Shown: positions 30,338 through 45,430, numbered from the stretch's first letter. The stretch is DNA of 64,000 nucleotides from an uncultured delta proteobacterium (GCA_963841435.1 CAWJCS010000004.1:640001-704000), one strand, 5' to 3'. The notes: generated from the sequence alone by a model not told the origin. A program made the numbers and translations.

Positions 30338-32658
30338 GCGAGCCGAAGAGCGATCCCCCGGGCGGCGGACCGACCGAGCCGGAAGCCGGGACCACCCCTG
30401 AAACCGCGGTCTCCTCGAATGCCAAGGAGACCGGCGAGGTCTCGGCGCAAGCTGGCGCCGAAACGCCGCCAGCGCCCGAGCCCGGGGAGGCGGGTGAGTC
30501 GGCGAAAAAGGCCTCGGACAAACCGCGCGCGAAGAAGCGCCGCCGGAAGAAGGATGCCGCGAACACGAGCTTCTTCGCGTTCGCCAAGCAAACCTATGGA
30601 TTGGCCGACCCGCGCTCGCTCGGGCTGTTCCGCATCGCCCTCGGCATCCTCCTTTTCGTCAACGTCGCGCGACGCTTTCCCGACATCGAGGCGCACTACG
30701 CCAACACGGGGTGGCTCACGAACCACTACATGCTCTTCCGGCCGATGAGCAACTACCTCTTCTCCATCTACCTCGCGTTCAGCACGCCCGGTGAGGTGAA
30801 GACGATGATGTTCATCCACCTCGCGGTGTGCGTCTTGCTCATCGTGGGCTTCAAGACGCGCCTGATGCAGGTGCTCGCCGCCCTGCTCACGGTCAGCATC
30901 GGCAGTCGCAACATCATGCTGGAAAACGGGGGCTGGGTCGTGCTGACCGAGCTCACCATTTGGAGCATGTTTCTACCCCTGGGGCGGCGCTTCAGCCTCG
31001 ACGCTCTGCTCGCTTCACTCAGCGCGCGCCGCGAAACCACCCCCGAGGCCCTCAACGATCGCTCGAGCCCTCCGCGTGACACCACGCCCGTGGTGTCTTT
31101 TGCGGTCGCCGCGCTGATCTTCCAGTGGGTCGTCATCTACTACTTCAACGTGGTCCACAAGACGGGGCCCGAGTGGAAGAACGGCACGGCGGTCTACTAC
31201 TTCTTTCAACAGGATCGCATGGTGACGGCCCTCGGGGCCTGGGTGCGCGACTTCTTGCCGTTCGGCGTGTTCAAGGTGATGACGTACTCGACGCTCGTCA
31301 TCGAGGCGCTCATCGCGCTGCTCTTGGCGTCGCCGTTCCGAACGCCCATCTCGCGCATGGTCGCGTGGGGTCTGAGCGCGACGCTGCACCTCTCGATCGA
31401 CGCCGTGGTGCAGCTCGGACCCTTCTCCTGGGCGATGGTGACCATGTTCTGGGTGCTGATCCCGCGAGAGGCATGGGATTTGGCCGGGTCTCGCCTCGCG
31501 AAGCGCTGGCCCGAGCGGGAGCTCCCGTTCGACGCTGGCAGCGGGTTCTGGCTGTCGTTCTGCCGTTTCGTGAAACGTTTCGACGTGCTCGACCACGTGC
31601 GCTTCGTGCCCGTGACACCGCTCCGACCACCCGAGCCGAGCCCGGAGACCCAAGCCGTGGCAACCGCCGCGGGGACCGCCGGGCCTGGTGAAGGCGACGA
31701 GGAGGAGGCGGAGGACGACGACGACGAACGCGAGGGTGCCGGAACGGCCGCGGCCCAGGGCGCCGAGTCCGCCGCGCCCGGTCAGGACGAGCTCGGACGG
31801 ATGATCACCGAGACGCTCGTGGTCGTCGATCCTCGGAGCGGCCGCCGCTACCGTGGTCGCACCGCGCTTCTGCGGTTGGGAGACGCGGTGCCGTTCGGCC
31901 GGTTGCTACTCTTGCCCGCTCGACTGCCGGGAGTGTCGGGATGGGTCGAAGGGCGGCTCGCGCGTGCCGCCCGGAACAGCAAGAAGTACGACGCGTACTT
32001 CGAGGTCGAGGCCATGCCCGGCTCGCGCGAGGTGTTCCCCGCTCCGCCCTCGTCCGCGCGCGTGCTCGTCGGCCGCAGCGTCGGGGTTCTGCGCGAGTCG
32101 TTCGTTCTCCTTCTCATCGTTTGCTGTGGCAGTCAGGTGCTGATCGAAAACCGCGCCGTGCCCAAGTGGCTCAAGCCGGAGCACCGTCCCGAATGGATGA
32201 CGGCCATCGTCGTCTACCCGCGCATGTTCCAGGGGTGGAGCATGTTCGCGCCGTCGCCGCCGACCGACGACGGTCGCATGGTCATCGACGGCATCACGAA
32301 GGACGGCCGCCACTTCGATCCGCTCACGGGAGAGGCACCGTCGTTCGAGGTGCAACCGAAGGGCGGCTTTCGCATGAACCAAATCTGGGGTGACTTCCAC
32401 CGGCGGATCGGGGAAGAGCGTTTCGAGGGTTACCTCGACGGCGTGCGCGAGATGTTGAAAAACTTCCACAAGATCTCGGGCCACCCAGAGAACGAGCTCA
32501 GGTCGTTCCAAGCCTGGTTCGTGAGCGAGCGCATCGTCCTGCCCGGTCAGCCACGCGCGGCAGTCCAGAAGCGACGCCTGTTCAGCTGGGGCGTGCCCGA
32601 AACGCCGCAGCGTCGGCGACCCGCGGGGCACCCGAATCCGCACCGCCCGCAGCCCTGA
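30334..32658 (+). CDS. second HTTM-domain membrane protein with degenerate DCC1-like domain
   Basis: Same motif order (LGLFRIALG, SRN..ENGG, FLPLGRRFSLD, HKTG..WKNG, WSMFAPSP), but FDAGSGFW replaces FDxDCGFC. ATGA overlap. Confidence 0.85.
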   Translation: MSEPKSDPPGGGPTEPEAGTTPETAVSSNAKETGEVSAQAGAETPPAPEPGEAGESAKKASDKPRAKKRRRKKDAANTSFFAFAKQTYGLADPRSLGLFRIALGILLFVNVARRFPDIEAHYANTGWLTNHYMLFRPMSNYLFSIYLAFSTPGEVKTMMFIHLAVCVLLIVGFKTRLMQVLAALLTVSIGSRNIMLENGGWVVLTELTIWSMFLPLGRRFSLDALLASLSARRETTPEALNDRSSPPRDTTPVVSFAVAALIFQWVVIYYFNVVHKTGPEWKNGTAVYYFFQQDRMVTALGAWVRDFLPFGVFKVMTYSTLVIEALIALLLASPFRTPISRMVAWGLSATLHLSIDAVVQLGPFSWAMVTMFWVLIPREAWDLAGSRLAKRWPERELPFDAGSGFWLSFCRFVKRFDVLDHVRFVPVTPLRPPEPSPETQAVATAAGTAGPGEGDEEEAEDDDDEREGAGTAAAQGAESAAPGQDELGRMITETLVVVDPRSGRRYRGRTALLRLGDAVPFGRLLLLPARLPGVSGWVEGRLARAARNSKKYDAYFEVEAMPGSREVFPAPPSSARVLVGRSVGVLRESFVLLLIVCCGSQVLIENRAVPKWLKPEHRPEWMTAIVVYPRMFQGWSMFAPSPPTDDGRMVIDGITKDGRHFDPLTGEAPSFEVQPKGGFRMNQIWGDFHRRIGEERFEGYLDGVREMLKNFHKISGHPENELRSFQAWFVSERIVLPGQPRAAVQKRRLFSWGVPETPQRRRPAGHPNPHRPQP

Positions 32659-32660
32659 TC

Positions 32661-33365
32661 GTGACGCTTCACCACCTTGCTCATGCCGCCTTCCACACGC
32701 TCCGGATCTGCGTCCCGACGGTGATACAGAGCGGGATTGGCACGCTCACGACACCGATCTGCGACGAGCGCCTCGACAGCTGGTCGCGGGCGCTCGTTCG
32801 CTACGCCGAGATCGAGCTCGAGGTGCACGGGCTCGAGCACGCACCGTCCGACGAGGCCTTCGTCGTGATGTCGAACCATCGGTCGCACTACGACATCCCC
32901 GTGCTCTTCCAGGCGCTCCGCCCGCGGCGATTGCGCATGGTGGCGAAGACCGAGCTTTTCCGCGTCCCCGTCTGGGCGGGCGCGATGCGCGCCGCCGGCT
33001 TCGTCGAAGTCGATCGCTCCAACCGGATCGCGGCGATGCGCAGCCTCGAGCGCGCCCGCGAAGCCATCCGCGGGGGAACGAGCATCTGGATTGCGCCCGA
33101 GGGCACACGCAGCGCGACCGGTGAGCTCGGCCCGTTCAAGAAGGGCGGCTTTCACCTTGCCACGGGCGCCGGTGCCCGCATTCTTCCCGTGAGCATCACC
33201 GGCACCTCGAACGTGCTGCCGGCGCGGGGTCGCCGGGTGAAGAACGGCGCGCACGTGACGGTCGTCGTGGGAGAGCCGGTGGATGCGCGTGTGTCGAACG
33301 CTCGGGCGAAGGAGCTCATCGCCACGGTGCGCGCGCGCATCGAGAGCGGCCTCGCCGCGGGGTGA
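32661..33365 (+). CDS. 1-acyl-sn-glycerol-3-phosphate acyltransferase family (PlsC-like)
   Basis: NHRSHYD (HX4D), AKTELF, PEGTRS, FKKGGF. Confidence 0.92.
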   Translation: MTLHHLAHAAFHTLRICVPTVIQSGIGTLTTPICDERLDSWSRALVRYAEIELEVHGLEHAPSDEAFVVMSNHRSHYDIPVLFQALRPRRLRMVAKTELFRVPVWAGAMRAAGFVEVDRSNRIAAMRSLERAREAIRGGTSIWIAPEGTRSATGELGPFKKGGFHLATGAGARILPVSITGTSNVLPARGRRVKNGAHVTVVVGEPVDARVSNARAKELIATVRARIESGLAAG

Positions 33366-33402
33366 CGGCGAGCTCGGCGTGCGAGCCGCTCATCCTTCGC
33401 GC

Positions 33403-33927
33403 TCAGCCCGGCGCGGGCAGGCGGCACCACACGCGAACCACCAGCGTTCCCTGCGTCGTCCACGGTGTCACGTCGACCCGCTCGACATCGTCCATCGACG
33501 CGGCCGGCAGCCGGGTCATCAGGCGCTCCTCGACGAAACGGCGCCGCAGCGCTTCGCTCGAAAGGCGCGCCGCCTCGACGCCGCGCACGACGAAGGTGAT
33601 CATCTCGAACACCTCGGCGCCCATCGGCCGCGCGGCGGCGCTGGGGGACGCCCGGGGCGCGGGGGCCGTCGGCTCCGCGGGTGGCGCGGCCTCGGCGATG
33701 ATGGCAGCCAGCGTGTCACGCTCGGCGAACGTTTCTCGCACCTGGATGTCGGGGCTCGAGTCTTCCCGCTCGAGCGCGGGGAGCGGCAACGGCACGAGCT
33801 CTTCCGTGATGGCGTCGAGCGTCTCACGGCCGGCCGGCGTGTAGGCGACGCGGATGTCGGGGTGCGAAGTCTCTCGCGGTGCCGTCGTGCGCTCCGGGGG
33901 TTTGGGCGCGAGGGGCTTGTCCGCCAC
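33403..33927 (-). CDS. hypothetical protein
   Basis: Fills the gap with plausible composition. Internal duplicated S.PDI.V...RxTL motif. Confidence 0.6.
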   Translation of the reverse strand: MADKPLAPKPPERTTAPRETSHPDIRVAYTPAGRETLDAITEELVPLPLPALEREDSSPDIQVRETFAERDTLAAIIAEAAPPAEPTAPAPRASPSAAARPMGAEVFEMITFVVRGVEAARLSSEALRRRFVEERLMTRLPAASMDDVERVDVTPWTTQGTLVVRVWCRLPAPG

Positions 33928-34048
33928 GAAGAGCAGTATCGCATGGCGAGGCCTCGAGTTGGGGCCCCTTTACACGCCGAAAGCGCGTCTTACATTGTGG
34001 TTTTCGGCGGACCTCGCGCTTTCGCGATGCCGAAGAGGAGTAGTCATC

Positions 34049-34939
34049 ATGAGCCCGCGTACCGTGCGCGAGGTGGCGAAGGTCGTCACCGCGCATCGAC
34101 AGACCGAGGGTGCCGGCTTCGTCGTCCGGCGTCCGTTGCCCACGGGGGCGTTGCCGCTTTCGGACCCCTTCCTCTTGCTCGACGAGATGGGCCCCGCGCT
34201 CTACGCGCCGGGTGAAGCCGTCGGAGCACCCGACCATCCGCATCGCGGTTTCGAGACGGTGACCTACGTGCTCGAGGGGGAGTTCGAGCACGAAGACTCC
34301 GCCGGTCATCGCGGCGTGCTCGGCCCCGGTGACGTGCAGTGGATGACCGCTGGCGCCGGCATCGTGCATTCGGAGATGCCTTCACGCCGCGTGCGCGAGG
34401 AAGGCGGGCGCGTCCACGGCTTCCAGATTTGGGTGAACCTGCCGGCGCGGCTCAAGATGGCCCCGCCCCGTTACCAGGAGATCAAGGCGGCAACCATTCC
34501 CGAGGCCAAGACGCCCGACGGCAAGGCGCGCGTGCGCGTCGTCGCGGGAGAGGCGCTCGGCGCGCGTGCCGTCATCGACACGAGCACGCCGATCGTCTAC
34601 GAGGACTGGTCGCTCGACGCGAGCGCCGACGTGACGCTGCCGCTCGCGGCCGATCACCGCGCGATCGCCTACGTGTTCGAGGGCGAGGCGTTGCTCGGCG
34701 AGCGCGGCACGAAAGTTCGCGACGGTCAGCTTGCCGTGCTCGACGACGGCGATGCCGTGCGCCTGCGCGGTAGCGACCCGGGCGCGCGTCTTCTCTTGCT
34801 CGCGGGCGTGCCGATCGGCGAGCCGGTGGCCCGCTACGGACCGTTCGTGATGAACACGCAGGCGGAGCTCGTGCAGGCGTTCCGCGATTACGAGACCGGA
34901 AAGCTGGGGGAGATCACGCGCAGCGCTCGGCTCTCGTAG
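34049..34939 (+). CDS. pirin family protein
   Basis: DPFLLLD, HPHRGFETVTY, WMTAGAGIVHSE, FQIWVNLP, YGPFVMNT. GAGGAG RBS. Confidence 0.95.
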   Translation: MSPRTVREVAKVVTAHRQTEGAGFVVRRPLPTGALPLSDPFLLLDEMGPALYAPGEAVGAPDHPHRGFETVTYVLEGEFEHEDSAGHRGVLGPGDVQWMTAGAGIVHSEMPSRRVREEGGRVHGFQIWVNLPARLKMAPPRYQEIKAATIPEAKTPDGKARVRVVAGEALGARAVIDTSTPIVYEDWSLDASADVTLPLAADHRAIAYVFEGEALLGERGTKVRDGQLAVLDDGDAVRLRGSDPGARLLLLAGVPIGEPVARYGPFVMNTQAELVQAFRDYETGKLGEITRSARLS

Positions 34940-35050
34940 CGGAGCGGCCGCGGGGGGCACGCGCGGCTCCGCCGGAATTTTCCTGGATTCCCGGCGTGGT
35001 GCGCCTTTTGTGATGCACCCCGCGCGGACGCGCGCACTCTAGAAGCGAAG

Positions 35051-36871
35051 ATGTCGTCGTCCATGCTTCGTCGAGCGCTCGCGGCCCTGTTGCTCGTCGG
35101 CTGCGCGCCGGCGCTGGGGTCCGAGGACGACGGAGCCGGCGAGGGGCCGACTCATAGCGAGCCCCTGGCGCTATCGGCGCCCGATCCGGCGGTGCGCGGT
35201 GAGGTCGCCGAGCTCGTCGACGCACCCGCGCGTCCGACGCGCACCATCGCGGCGCTGATGTTCGACATCGGCCGCGGGCCCCCCGTCGTCGCGGATATCC
35301 AGCAGCTTCTGACGGGGGATGGATCGCTGCGCGAGATGTATCGAGAGATCTCCTACGGCATGCAAGATCTCGAAATCGATCTGCTCGGTCCTTACACGTT
35401 ACCGGAGCAGACGTGCCTGCCCATCGAGTGCTGTGGTCCTAAGACCAATCAACCGAACGGCCCCGCGGTGCAGGACATCATCGCGGCATTGCCGAAGACC
35501 TACGACCACTACTTCTGGGTGTACGGGCCGCTTCCGCAGGGCGCAAATTGCGGCACGTGGGGTGACGAGGGACGCCCGGGGCAGTACGCGAAGTATTCGA
35601 GCTACTCGTTTCACAGCATCGTCGGCTACACGCAGGAGCTCGGGCACAACTTCGGCATGACGCACGAGCCCATCATGACCTGCCCCAACCAGGCCATGTT
35701 TCTCGACGATCCCAGTCAGTGCACGCACAGCGAGTACGGCAGCCAGCTGAGCTTCATGGGCAGCGGCCCCATGGAAACCTCGGGGTATCACAAGGTTTCG
35801 CAGGGTTGGCTCAGCGCCTGCAACGGCGTGACGGTCGGCGGCTCAGGCACCTACACGCTCTTGCCCACGGAGATCCCGTGCGATGGCACGCAGATCCTCC
35901 AGGTTCAGGCGCCCAAGTCGCGCATGGCGCCCATGGCGGGTGATCGCCAGGGCCGCGCGCCGACCCTCACGCACTACTACCTCGAGCTTCGCTCGGGGCG
36001 TGGTTTCGACGCGCGCTACCCGACACCGCAAGTGTTCATCTCCGTCGGTCCCGACTTCAACACGACTCAGTCGGCTCCTTACGTGTATCAGCTGAACCGC
36101 ACGCCCGACACGAACGGCGGCAATCGGCCGAGCCTCTCGGACGGCGGCTACACGACAGGGCAGACCTTCGACGATCCGGCCGGCGGCCTCACGTTCACGT
36201 TCGACTCGGTGACGGCCGATCAGGCGATGGTCACGATCACGCGCACGGCCGCCGGCGGCGCCGACACGTGCCTCGACGGCAGCGCGTTCGCGGCGCCCGG
36301 GGCTGGCCCCGAGAGCTGCGGCTTGCCGGTGAGCGGAACCGGTGGCGCCGGTGGCATGGCGGGCGCCGGTGGCGCGAGCGCCGGTGCGTCGGGCGCGTCG
36401 GGCGCCGGGGCGGGCGGCGTGGCGGGCGCGGCGGGTCTCGGTGGCGGAGCGGGCGGTGCATCCGGGGCCGGGGGCGCGGGCGGGCTGGCGGGTGCCGGCG
36501 GCGCGCCTGCGGGCGCTGGTGGCGCCGGCGTGAGCGGTAGCGGCCCCGCAGCGGGTAGCAGCGGTGCGGGGGCACTGTCAGGCGCAGCGGGTACGCTGGG
36601 CGGTGGCGCCGGGGTGGCCGGCAGCGCGAGCGGCGCCTCGGGTGGCGTCTCACAGGCTGGCACCGGCGGTGCGGGGGCACCCGTCGGCGGGGCAGGGCCC
36701 AGCGCGGGCCCGGTCGCCACGGACACCCAGCTCGACGGCGGTTGTGGCTGCCGGGCCGCGGGCACGAGCCCGGGTCGCGGCGGGTGGCTGCTGCTCGCGG
36801 CGGTCGCGGCGGCCGGTACGACCCGGCGCCGGCGCGCTACACGCTCGCTGCTCGGCCGCGCCGTCGCCTGA
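35051..36871 (+). CDS. lipoprotein with M11/metzincin-like domain (QELGHNFGMTH), Gly-rich linker and MYXO-CTERM
   Basis: Lipobox LVGC; xExxHNxGxxH; EYG..SFMG Met-turn-like; HK..GWL; YYLELR; GGCGC tail with RRRR. Confidence 0.7.
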   Translation: MSSSMLRRALAALLLVGCAPALGSEDDGAGEGPTHSEPLALSAPDPAVRGEVAELVDAPARPTRTIAALMFDIGRGPPVVADIQQLLTGDGSLREMYREISYGMQDLEIDLLGPYTLPEQTCLPIECCGPKTNQPNGPAVQDIIAALPKTYDHYFWVYGPLPQGANCGTWGDEGRPGQYAKYSSYSFHSIVGYTQELGHNFGMTHEPIMTCPNQAMFLDDPSQCTHSEYGSQLSFMGSGPMETSGYHKVSQGWLSACNGVTVGGSGTYTLLPTEIPCDGTQILQVQAPKSRMAPMAGDRQGRAPTLTHYYLELRSGRGFDARYPTPQVFISVGPDFNTTQSAPYVYQLNRTPDTNGGNRPSLSDGGYTTGQTFDDPAGGLTFTFDSVTADQAMVTITRTAAGGADTCLDGSAFAAPGAGPESCGLPVSGTGGAGGMAGAGGASAGASGASGAGAGGVAGAAGLGGGAGGASGAGGAGGLAGAGGAPAGAGGAGVSGSGPAAGSSGAGALSGAAGTLGGGAGVAGSASGASGGVSQAGTGGAGAPVGGAGPSAGPVATDTQLDGGCGCRAAGTSPGRGGWLLLAAVAAAGTTRRRRATRSLLGRAVA

Positions 36872-38277
36872 TACCGAGCGAAAGCGCCGCCGCGAGCGCC
36901 ATCACGAGCGCCCGCGTGCCCGCGCCCCGTGGCGCCTCGCTGCAAGCGCAGCTCGACGACGACGCCGGCGCAGCGCTCGCCGTCGGCGAGGCGCCGCCCG
37001 CGCCCGCCGCGGCTCCGCCGCTTCCCGCTGCTCCTCCCGTGGCGCTGCCCCCGGTGCCCGCGAGGTTGCAGTTGGCCCCGAACGCCGCGCACGTCGTCGA
37101 CCAATCGTCGAGGCACTGGGCGCCCGTCGTGCCCGGTCCGCACGCCTGCGGGCCCACGACGTCCGACAGCGCGAGGAGCGGCTCGAAGCTCTGAAGGCCC
37201 CCGCCGAGCTCAGCGTCGGCGCGAAATCCGAGCTGGAAACCGACCTCGAAATCGGTGGCACAGACATAGAGGCCCGTCGGCGTCCACGCGAGGCAGCTCA
37301 CGGCCTCGGACGTGAGGTGAGTGAAGGCGCCGACGCCCTGCGCGTCGAGCGGCGCGGAATAGATGCCGAGCGCGCTCGACTCGATGGCGACGATGTCACG
37401 CGGATCCCCATAGCCCGCGAGCACCCTGTCGGCCGACGGCGAAAGGGCAAAGCCGTAGAGCTTGGCGCTTCTCGCGCAGCACCTCTTGCCAGCTCTGGCC
37501 GGCGTCCATCGTGACGAGGAGCGCGTCGTTCCCGGTGCGGGACCCGAACTCGTCGTCCACGAAGCCGTCGGTGCGCACGAACACCGTGTCCGGATCGCTC
37601 GGGTGCACCACGGCGATGTAGGGTGGCGCATCGACACCCGCCCCGGGTACGGGTCGGACCTCGAAATGGGCGCCTCCGTCGTCCGAAACCAGCAGCACCC
37701 CTTGATTGTCGGCATCGACGCCGCTCACGTACGCGCGGCTCGGCAAGCTCGGCGCACGGTTGACCGTGACCGCGAAGTTTCCGACCGTGGGAAGCTCGGC
37801 GCCCAGCTCTTCGAACGTTCTGCCGGCGTCCGTCGAGCGCGCGAGCACGCTCACGCCGCCGCCGCCGTCGGCGCGGCGTGTCACGATCGCGAGCACGTCG
37901 TCGCGCGCGTCCGGGAGCACGGAAAAATCGACGACGCGGTTGAGCATGTCGCCCCCGAGCACGCGCGAGAAATCGCAGTAGGGCACGCTCGCACGCGACA
38001 TGGCGTCGCCGTACGATACGAGGAGCTCGCCGTCGCCCACGCGATCGAACACGCAGTCGAAGGTCGCGAGCATGGCGCCGGCGAACGAGCTCTCGCAGAG
38101 GAGCGAGAACGAGTGCCGGTCGTCGGTGACGAGCATGCCGTACGTGGCGCCGAGCACGAGGTGATTCGGATCGTCAGGGTCCTCGAGCAGGCGCTGCGCA
38201 CGGGGGAAGCGCCCGTTGGCGCCCGCGGGGACGGCGAGGAGCACGAAGGAAAGCGTGAGGAGCGATGGGAAGCGCAT
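36837..38277 (-). CDS. secreted BNR/beta-propeller protein with MYXO-CTERM-like tail; apparent +1 frameshift near 37459
   Basis: Signal + ANGRFP; Asp-boxes STDAGRTF, SDDGGAHF, TMDAGQSW. Removing one base gives VLRESAKLYGFALSP. SSSCAC + hydrophobic + RRRR tail. Confidence 0.75.
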
Positions 38278-38348
38278 GACTGCCTTGGACGAGAGCGCCG
38301 AGACCTTGGCTCAGTCGCCTGGCGCCTCCCTGCCGGATCAAGACCGTG

Positions 38349-39332
38349 TCAAAACAAGGCTTGGCAGCTGCCGCTGCCGAGACCGAGCCGCAGGCAGCTT
38401 GCGTCCCGGGGCATTAGGCAAAGGGTGCACAGGGCGCAGTCCTTGGCCTGATCCACCGCGGCCAGATAGCTCGCGGTCGCGTCCGACTCGGGGTCGTTCA
38501 CGACCACTTTGCAGCCACACTCGTCGTTGACGACACCGGTGCATTGATCGGCGTCGGCCGAGGGACTGCAGGCCTGCGCTTCGTCGAGCGCTTGCGACAG
38601 CGCGATCAGACGCGAGGCACAGCTGCCGCCGGAACCCTTGCCGCCCTTGCCCCCACCCCCGCTCGCTCCGCCGCCGCCGCCAACACCCGCCGCACCGGCG
38701 CTGCTGCCGGCTGCGCCGCCCATCGCCGTACCGCCCATGCCGGCGCTCGAGCCCGCCATGCCGCCCGCGCCCGCGCCGGTATCGCCGCCGCTGCCGGAGT
38801 CGCCGCCAGATACGCCGCTGCCCGACGAGCCGCCGTTCGCCGTGGTGCCCCCGGCGCCTGCCGCTGCGTCCCCGCCGCTACCCGCCGCCACATCGCCGCC
38901 CGAGCCGCCGAGTGGGGCGCTGCCGCCCCCTCCGGCGTCCGCGGCGGCGCCGCTCATCCCGCCCACCGATGACTCGTCGCCGCTACCACCGCTGCTCGTC
39001 GCGTCTCCGGCCGTGCCGCCCGTGCCTCCCGTGCCGCCGGCCGTGCCGCCCGTGTCTCCGCCGGACGACCCACCCGTCGCCCCGGAGCCACCCGAGGTTC
39101 CGCCCTTGCCGGCGAGCGCGGCGCTGCCCCCGCTCGCGCTCACGCCTCCCGACCCCGCGCCGTTGGACACGGGACCGAAGAAGTCGCCGCCAGCGTCACT
39201 CCCGCAGCCCGCCCCGCCGCTCAACGCTGCCGCCGCGAGCGCGACTGCGGGGAGGCTCGCGAAGCTGGCCCTCAGCGAACGATTCGACCGGGACCCTCGC
39301 GCGAGCATCAATGCAAACTTTATCTGCTCCAC
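38349..39332 (-). CDS. Gly/Ser-rich lipoprotein with Cys-rich C-terminal domain
   Basis: GAGC lipobox-like; long G/S/A linker; C-terminal Cys cluster. Confidence 0.65.
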   Translation of the reverse strand: MEQIKFALMLARGSRSNRSLRASFASLPAVALAAAALSGGAGCGSDAGGDFFGPVSNGAGSGGVSASGGSAALAGKGGTSGGSGATGGSSGGDTGGTAGGTGGTGGTAGDATSSGGSGDESSVGGMSGAAADAGGGGSAPLGGSGGDVAAGSGGDAAAGAGGTTANGGSSGSGVSGGDSGSGGDTGAGAGGMAGSSAGMGGTAMGGAAGSSAGAAGVGGGGGASGGGGKGGKGSGGSCASRLIALSQALDEAQACSPSADADQCTGVVNDECGCKVVVNDPESDATASYLAAVDQAKDCALCTLCLMPRDASCLRLGLGSGSCQALF

Positions 39333-39416
39333 GCCGAGCGGTCAAACGGTGCCCTTCTCACGGCGTCGGTTACGCGCGCCAGAGATAGCTCGACTCACCC
39401 GAGCGAGTGAAGGGGC

Positions 39417-40829
39417 TCAGAGCTCGGTGCTGCCCATCAGGAACCGATCGACGCCGCGCGCCGCTTTGCGACCATCGGCGATCGCCCAGACGACGAGCGA
39501 CTGACCCCGCTGGCAATCACCGGCCGCAAACACCCCGGGCACGCTGGACATGAAGCTCGCGTCGATGGCGACGTTGCCTCGCGCGTCGAGCCTCACGCCG
39601 AGCTGCTCGACGATGCCTTCGCGCTCCGGGTGTACGAAGCCCATGGCGAGCAGGACGAGGTCCGCGTCGAGCGCGAACTCGCTGCCGGCGACTCGCTCGA
39701 AGCGCCCGTTTTGCGCTGCGACGCGCACGCCGTGAAGCTTCTCGACACGGCCGTTGCCGTCGAAGCGCTCGGTGGAGACGCTGAAGTCACGTTCGCCGCC
39801 TTCCTCGTGCGAGCTCGAGGTGCGCAGCATGAGGGGCCACATGGGCCACGGCGTGCTCGGCGCGCGCTCGTCGGGCGGGCGCGGCATGATCTCGAAGCTC
39901 GTGACGCTCGTGGCGCCCTGCCGATGCGAGGTGCCGATGCAGTCACTGCCCGTGTCGCCACCTCCGATCACGATGACGCGCTTACCCGTCGCGAGGATGG
40001 CCTCCTCGTGAACCGGCAACCCGGCCACGCGTCGGTTCTGCTGCGTGAGAAAGTCCATGGCGAAGTGGATGCCCGAAAGCTCCCGCCCCGGGACGGGCAG
40101 ATCGCGTGGCTTGCGCGAGCCGATCGTGAGCACGACGGCGTCGTGTTTCGCGCGCAGATCGTCGCCCGTCAGACTGCGGCCGACGTCGACGCCCACCTCG
40201 AACAGCACGCCCTCCTCCGTCATTTGACGTACCCGCCGGTCGACGATGGTCTTCTCCATCTTGAAGTCCGGGATGCCGTAGGTAAGAAGGCCGCCAATGC
40301 GATCGTCCCGCTCGTAGAGGGTGACGGTATGGCCGGCGCGATTGAGCTGTTGCGCCGCGGCCATGCCCGCAGGCCCCGAGCCCACGACGGCGACGGTCTT
40401 TCCCGTGCGCCTCTTGGGAGGCACCGGCACGACGAGGCCCTCCGCGAAGGCGCGATCGGCAATCGAGCGCTCGATGAGCTTGATGCCAACGGGGTCGTCG
40501 TTGATGCCGAGCACGCAGGACGCCTCGCACGGCGCCGGACAGATGCGCCCCGTGACCTCGGGAAAATTGTTGGTGGCGTGGAGCGCGCGAATCGCCTCCG
40601 CCGGGCGACCCTTGTAAACGTGGTCGTTCCAGTCAGGGATCAGATTGCCGAGCGGACAGCCCGTGTTGCAAAACGGGATGCCGCAATCCATGCAGCGGGC
40701 GCCCTCCTTGACGATCTCGTCCTGGATGACGGGGAGCTCGAACTCCCGCCAGTCGCGCACGCGCTCGGCAATCGGACGTTTCGAGGGGTCGAGCCGCTCG
40801 AACTCGAGAAAACCTGTGACCTTTCCCAC
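39417..40829 (-). CDS. gltD: glutamate synthase small subunit
   Basis: RCMDCGIPFC..GCPL, GRICPAPCE, GSGPAG, GGGDTG, GQSLVVWAI. Confidence 0.98.
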   Translation of the reverse strand: MGKVTGFLEFERLDPSKRPIAERVRDWREFELPVIQDEIVKEGARCMDCGIPFCNTGCPLGNLIPDWNDHVYKGRPAEAIRALHATNNFPEVTGRICPAPCEASCVLGINDDPVGIKLIERSIADRAFAEGLVVPVPPKRRTGKTVAVVGSGPAGMAAAQQLNRAGHTVTLYERDDRIGGLLTYGIPDFKMEKTIVDRRVRQMTEEGVLFEVGVDVGRSLTGDDLRAKHDAVVLTIGSRKPRDLPVPGRELSGIHFAMDFLTQQNRRVAGLPVHEEAILATGKRVIVIGGGDTGSDCIGTSHRQGATSVTSFEIMPRPPDERAPSTPWPMWPLMLRTSSSHEEGGERDFSVSTERFDGNGRVEKLHGVRVAAQNGRFERVAGSEFALDADLVLLAMGFVHPEREGIVEQLGVRLDARGNVAIDASFMSSVPGVFAAGDCQRGQSLVVWAIADGRKAARGVDRFLMGSTEL

Positions 40830-45383
<4,554 letters not shown>

Positions 45384-45430
45384 GTAGGAGGGGCACCGCC
45401 CAGTGGGGGCAGGGGGGCGAGTGAGACGCG

